Assembly: GCA_943788175.1 (NCBI GenBank)
Contig: CALSPG010000005.1
Span: 256,001 to 320,000 of the forward strand
DNA length: 64,000 nt
DNA from: an uncultured bacterium
GTDB lineage: Bacteria; Fidelibacterota; Marinisomatia; Marinisomatales; UBA1611
Direction of reading: 5' to 3'
The translations under genes were made by a program, and so were the position numbers. The first letter of the stretch is position 1. The number at the start of each line of letters is the position of its first letter. The notes beneath the pieces were generated by a model. The model ran no database searches. It worked only from the letters and a program-made list of their open reading frames with translations, and was not told the DNA's origin. This document shows, in pieces, positions 59,746-64,000 of this stretch.

Positions 59746-60584
59746 AGATAGGTCAGTATGATTTATACAGTATTGAGACAAGCGAGTTTAGCTTAGATGG
59801 GGGTGCGATGTTTGGTATTATCCCAAAAACTTTATGGAAAGAAAAATTATCGCCTGATAGACTAAACAGAGTAGATATGGTAACGAGATCTTTATTAATG
59901 GTTACTGATAATAGAAAAGTATTAATCGACACTGGCAATGGTTCTAAATGGGCAAAAAAGTACCTAGATATGTATAATATAGATTTTAGTAAGTATAATA
60001 TTTTATCATCTTTAAAAAAAAGCGGTTTTGAAACGGATGATATCACAGACGTAATCTGTACTCATCTGCATTTTGACCATATTGGTGGGAATACATTTTA
60101 TCAAAACGATATTATAGAACCAACTTTTCCAAATGCGACATACTGGATAAGTAAAGATAATTGGGCTCTTGCGAATCAGCCAAGTGTAAAAGATCAGGGT
60201 AGTTTCATTAGCAAAGACTGGGAAGTATTAGAAAAAAATAATATGATTAAATTAGTAGATGAACAATTCTTAGATGGTATTGATATTTTTTTTACATATG
60301 GACATACGAATGGATTGATGCATCCTATAATTTCAGATAGTAATAAAAAGTTATTTTATGGCGCTGATATTTTTCCAACACATGCTCATTTACCCGTTCC
60401 TTGGGTTATGGCTTATGATTTGCATCCAGCAAAAACGATGTCAGAGAAAAGTAAGTTGTTAAAAAAAATGTATGAGGAAGAATGGATATTATTTTTTGAA
60501 CACGACCCCTTTTATCAAGCTTGTACAATTGATATGAAAGGGAAATATTACTGCATCAAAAACATTGTGAAAATAAGTGAGTGA
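59742..60584 (+). CDS. MBL-fold metallo-hydrolase (YtnP-like)
   Basis: LDGGAMFG, LIDTG, THLHFDHIGG, GHT, FEHD. Confidence 0.92.
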   Translation: MKIGQYDLYSIETSEFSLDGGAMFGIIPKTLWKEKLSPDRLNRVDMVTRSLLMVTDNRKVLIDTGNGSKWAKKYLDMYNIDFSKYNILSSLKKSGFETDDITDVICTHLHFDHIGGNTFYQNDIIEPTFPNATYWISKDNWALANQPSVKDQGSFISKDWEVLEKNNMIKLVDEQFLDGIDIFFTYGHTNGLMHPIISDSNKKLFYGADIFPTHAHLPVPWVMAYDLHPAKTMSEKSKLLKKMYEEEWILFFEHDPFYQACTIDMKGKYYCIKNIVKISE

Positions 60585-60939
60585 TCAAGAAAAAATAGAA
60601 AGCCTATTTAACGAAGGTCTTCAGCATTATAGGTCTGGTGATTATTTTGAAGCACATGAGTCTTGGGAGGAATTGTGGTCAGACTTTTACCTTGAGGATC
60701 GAAAATTCATTCAAGGTTTAATCCAACTGAGCGTTAGCTTTGTTCATCTAGAAAATAATAATTTAAAAGGTGCTAAGAGTTTACTTAACAAGTGCAAAGA
60801 AAAATTTATGGATTTTAAAAATATCCATCGTGGTATAGATGCAAGTAAACTGTTATTAGAATTAGATATAGTTGAAAAAGAGTATGGTGGACTAAATTCT
60901 AATAATGAATTCAATTGGGAAATAATCCCAAAAATTTAA
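60577..60939 (+). CDS. DUF309 protein
   Basis: YFEAHESWEELW, QGLIQL. Confidence 0.9.
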   Translation: MSDQEKIESLFNEGLQHYRSGDYFEAHESWEELWSDFYLEDRKFIQGLIQLSVSFVHLENNNLKGAKSLLNKCKEKFMDFKNIHRGIDASKLLLELDIVEKEYGGLNSNNEFNWEIIPKI

Positions 60940-60944
60940 ATTTT

Positions 60945-61289
60945 ATGAAAAATATTTTATTATTTATTAAAGATTTCGAATTAGGGTCAAAAGTTTCTAG
61001 CGCGTGTGTAGACGCTGAAATGAATGTTGAGTTTTGCGATGAAAATACTAGCCCTGATGATTTTTTAGAAGAATCATTATTAGCTATTATTGATTTAGAT
61101 CAAGATGTCTTTTTTTCTGTCGGTTTAGTATCTGAATTAAAGCGACATGGGTTAAAAATTATTGCCTCTATGGAAGAGTTAAAAGCGCGGGACTTAAAAA
61201 AAATAAAGACAGCTGGTTGTGACCTGGTACTTACAAAATCAAGTTTGGTAAAGAATTTACCGAAGTTGATTAATGAATTAACTAGTTAG
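60945..61289 (+). CDS. Degenerate receiver-like domain protein
   Basis: ILLFIKD, AIIDLD, AGCDLVLTK resemble a CheY-like fold. ATG 60945 preferred as start. Confidence 0.55.
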   Translation: MKNILLFIKDFELGSKVSSACVDAEMNVEFCDENTSPDDFLEESLLAIIDLDQDVFFSVGLVSELKRHGLKIIASMEELKARDLKKIKTAGCDLVLTKSSLVKNLPKLINELTS

Positions 61290-61386
61290 TTGTATTTTAT
61301 AAAAAAAATAAACTTAAATTTAGTTTTGGCCTATTTTAGCTAAAAAAGTTAGATTTAGACAATAAATATTTGCATAATACAAGTAT

Positions 61387-61818
61387 ATGGAAGGCAAAAA
61401 TAAAAATATGAGTCACCCAGTTTTAACAAAAAAATATCACTTCTGTGCTTCTCATAAGTATGGAAATGATTCTTGGAGTGAAGAAAAAAATCTTGAGGTC
61501 TTTGGCAAGGACTACAACACGCATGGACACAATTATATACTTGAAATCTCTGTAACGGGTCCTATTGATTCTGGTTCTGGTTGGTTGGTTGATTTGCAGA
61601 ATCTCAGCAAGGTAGTTAAAAAAAAAGTAATTAATGTTTTAGACCACTCTCAAATTGAAATAGATGTTGAGTGGTTTAAAGATAAGCAACCTTCCTCCGA
61701 AAATATTTTATTGTGGATATGGCAAGAAATATGCGATGACATTACTGATTGCACTTTACATCGATTAAGGTTAGTAGAGACTCATTCCATTCACACAGAT
61801 TACTATGGACCTGCATAA
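61387..61818 (+). CDS. queD: 6-pyruvoyl/6-carboxy-tetrahydropterin synthase family (PTPS/QueD)
   Basis: FCASH, HGHNY, LDH, PSSEN, LVET. Next to folE and yhhQ. Confidence 0.85.
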   Translation: MEGKNKNMSHPVLTKKYHFCASHKYGNDSWSEEKNLEVFGKDYNTHGHNYILEISVTGPIDSGSGWLVDLQNLSKVVKKKVINVLDHSQIEIDVEWFKDKQPSSENILLWIWQEICDDITDCTLHRLRLVETHSIHTDYYGPA

Positions 61819-62473
61819 CAATAATTTCAAAGATCAATTCTATTTAGTTTTAACCGGGATTTTTATTGCTTCTCTCGTAGCAAGCAATCTGATTTTTCAA
61901 AAGTTTTTTACATGGAATTTTCTAGGCATAAATTTTGAGCTTTCCGTAGGGATCATTGCATATCCAGTAACTTTTTTAGTTACAGATTTAATCTCTGAGC
62001 TTTATGGTCAGAAGCGTGCTAATCAAGTAGTAGTATCTGGGTTTTTTGCAAGCGTTTTTACGACTTTATTGGTACTTGTTTCTGTGAATGCTTCTGCTGT
62101 GGAATGGTCTCCGATAGATGACATGACATTTACAAAAGTTTTTGGCCTTACTGGCCCTGCTTTTTTTGCATCTATGGTAGCATATTTAACTGCACAATTA
62201 ATAGATGTGAGAATATTCCATTTTTGGAAGCGTCTTACTAAAGGCAAGCATTTATGGCTTAGAAATAATGCTTCTACCATTTTTTCTCAGCTTGTGGACA
62301 CATCTGTTATTTTGGTAATTCTCTGTTTAGCTGGAGTAATTGAATGGGAGCGATTTTATGGTTTATGGATGATGGGATGGCTTTTCAAAGTATTGGTTGC
62401 CTTAATTGATACGCCAATAATTTATGGAATTATTTATCTTCTTAAGGGCAAGATAGATATTGCAAAAGAGTGA
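61805..62473 (+). CDS. yhhQ: Queuosine precursor transporter (YhhQ/VUT family)
   Basis: YPVTFLVTDLISELYG, ASMVAYLTAQLID, LWLRNNASTIFSQLVDT. Confidence 0.92.
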   Translation: MDLHNNNFKDQFYLVLTGIFIASLVASNLIFQKFFTWNFLGINFELSVGIIAYPVTFLVTDLISELYGQKRANQVVVSGFFASVFTTLLVLVSVNASAVEWSPIDDMTFTKVFGLTGPAFFASMVAYLTAQLIDVRIFHFWKRLTKGKHLWLRNNASTIFSQLVDTSVILVILCLAGVIEWERFYGLWMMGWLFKVLVALIDTPIIYGIIYLLKGKIDIAKE

Positions 62474-62489
62474 TGAAAGGAATTAGAAA

Positions 62490-63056
62490 GTGCAAAATAA
62501 AAATATTGAAGATCTTACTCACGAACTTTTAAAACAGATAGGAGAAAACCCATTGAGAGAGGGTCTAGTTAGGACTCCGTCTCGAGTTGCCAAGGCTTGG
62601 GAATTTTTTTCTAAAGGCTATAATCAAGATATCCATAGTATTATAAATAATGCTATATTTAATGAAGAGGCTAAAGACATGGTTGTTGTCCTAGACGTTG
62701 AATTCTTTAGTTTATGTGAGCATCATTTATTACCCTTTTTTGGAAGAGCTCACGTAGCTTATTTACCTAGTGGCAAAGTAGTAGGGCTTTCAAAGATACC
62801 TAGAATAATAGATATGTTTTCAAGACGATTGCAAGTTCAAGAACGATTGACTAGACAAATAGCAGAAACTGTTATGAATATTTTAGATCCAGTTGGTGCT
62901 GCAGTTATCATGGAGGGTCAGCACATGTGTATGCAAATGCGGGGTGTTGAAAAACAAAATAGTTTAACGACTACGTCTTCGATGCTTGGAAAATTTAGAG
63001 AATCTGACAGGACCAGAACAGAATTTTTATCAATTATTGGTTTGAATAGAAAATAA
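62490..63056 (+). CDS. folE: GTP cyclohydrolase I
   Basis: [43 protein letters not shown]. Confidence 0.97.
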   Translation: MQNKNIEDLTHELLKQIGENPLREGLVRTPSRVAKAWEFFSKGYNQDIHSIINNAIFNEEAKDMVVVLDVEFFSLCEHHLLPFFGRAHVAYLPSGKVVGLSKIPRIIDMFSRRLQVQERLTRQIAETVMNILDPVGAAVIMEGQHMCMQMRGVEKQNSLTTTSSMLGKFRESDRTRTEFLSIIGLNRK

Positions 63057-63058
63057 AA

Positions 63059-63694
63059 TTGGCAATTGCATACAACATAATTGATCTTGGTACTTCAGAA
63101 TTTAAAGACACTTGGAACCTTCAAAAAGAACTCCAAGAAAAAAGAATTTTGGGTGAAATTGAAGATCAATTAATATTAGTTGAGCATCCGGCTGTTTATA
63201 CATTAGGAAAAAATGCTTCTAGGGAGCACATACTTAAAAAAAGGGAAGGTGTTTCGGTCATTCAAACTGACCGAGGAGGAAATATTACTTTCCATGGTCC
63301 CGGGCAACTCGTTGGGTACCCCATAGTAGATTTAAGCTTTTATAAACGTAGCATAACATGGTACATGCGAGAATTAGAGCAGCTTATGATTGATGTTCTT
63401 AAAGAATATGGAATAGAAGGATCGACCAAAAAAGGACTTACTGGGACATGGGTTAAAAACCATAAAATAGCTGCCTTGGGTGTTCGAATAAGCAGATGGG
63501 TCACCATGCATGGTTTTTCCCTAAATATTAATCCCGACTTAAAGTACTACCAAGATATAGTCCCATGTGGAATTGAAGGGTATGGTGTGACATCTATGGC
63601 TATGATAATGGGAGAAGAAGTTCCAAGCATGGCGGAAGTAAAAATAAAAATGGTTGATTATTTTAAAAACAGATTTGTGGGCTTTAAAAACTAA
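63059..63694 (+). CDS. lipB: Lipoyl(octanoyl) transferase
   Basis: EHPAVYTLG, RGGNITFHGPGQLVGYP, KIAALG, HGFSLN, IVPCG. Confidence 0.97.
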   Translation: MAIAYNIIDLGTSEFKDTWNLQKELQEKRILGEIEDQLILVEHPAVYTLGKNASREHILKKREGVSVIQTDRGGNITFHGPGQLVGYPIVDLSFYKRSITWYMRELEQLMIDVLKEYGIEGSTKKGLTGTWVKNHKIAALGVRISRWVTMHGFSLNINPDLKYYQDIVPCGIEGYGVTSMAMIMGEEVPSMAEVKIKMVDYFKNRFVGFKN

Positions 63695-64000
63695 TGGCTA
63701 GGTTAAACGGGTTTACAAAAAAACAATTAATGGACATATATGGCCTTATGGTTTTAGCGAGGGAACTCGACAATAAGATGCTTATTTTATTAAAGCAGGG
63801 GAAAGGCTTTTTTCATATGGGTTGTTCCGGGCACGAAGCTGCTCAAGTTGCGGCAGGATTAACGTTCAAAAAAGAAAAAGATTGGTCTTATCCTTATTAT
63901 AGAGATGGTGCATATACACTTACGCTCGGAGTAACTATAAAAGAGCATTTATTATCATTTCTTGCTAGGGCAGATGACCCAGCATCTGGTGGAAGGCAAA
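63694..64000 (+). CDS. 2-oxoacid (branched-chain type) dehydrogenase E1 alpha domain, 3'-truncated; not in ORF track
   Basis: ATG overlaps the lipB stop. MARLNGFTKKQL...RELD...QGKGFFHMGCSGHEAAQ...PYYRD...DPASGGRQ. Confidence 0.88.
   Translation, partial: MARLNGFTKKQLMDIYGLMVLARELDNKMLILLKQGKGFFHMGCSGHEAAQVAAGLTFKKEKDWSYPYYRDGAYTLTLGVTIKEHLLSFLARADDPASGGRQ

Noticed and set aside
61290-61386. preQ1 riboswitch upstream of queD-yhhQ
   Set aside because: The region is AT-rich, and I could not find a convincing preQ1 stem-loop with its conserved loop and A-rich tail.
946-62280. Numerous short ORFs overlapping longer genes (e.g. 946-1131, 14604-15011, 22134-22487, 23110-23322, 35284-35652, 48396-48809)
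   Set aside because: Antisense or alternate-frame shadows of well-supported genes with no recognisable motifs.

Overview
AT-rich, gene-dense bacterial chromosome segment. It is probably from a marine FCB-group organism such as Marinimicrobia/SAR406; this is inferred from T9SS-like C-terminal domains, a dockerin, DxNGNG acidic inserts and a eukaryote-type citrate synthase. There is no CRISPR array, rRNA or recognisable mobile element. One tRNA-Glu(TTC) is present. Bases 1-23.3 kb form a light/photo-oxidative-stress island: tocopherol cyclase-like, SOUL, pirin, YceI, lipocalin, a furan-fatty-acid-type ufaD/ufaO/ufaM set plus a desaturase, glutathione peroxidase, an FeS-less (6-4) photolyase, a class II CPD photolyase, MarR-RND efflux, and a UGA-recoded selenocysteine peroxiredoxin with a SECIS hairpin that the ORF track misses. 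Three promoters in the island share a 9-bp tandem direct repeat (AAAACGCTY) 8-9 nt upstream of the -35 box. One of them drives a BldC-like HTH plus CarH-like regulator that has lost its cobalamin-ligating histidines and carries a CxxxCC motif, making this a candidate undescribed B12-independent light/ROS regulon. A second candidate system is an ino1 - IPCT - TagF-like operon with no DIPP synthase, suggesting CDP-inositol-dependent inositol-phosphate decoration or polymerisation on a surface glycan; more TagF-like genes lie next to msbA and a heptosyltransferase. Also notable are a stand-alone phage-type aGPT-Pplase1 (5-hmdU kinase helical) protein, a QueD/PTPS with Cys replaced by Asp, and recurrent leaderless promoters. 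About nine indels, mostly +1, split genes and create an artefactual citrate synthase-carboxypeptidase fusion; they are probably assembly errors. All family calls are from motif recognition, not database searches.
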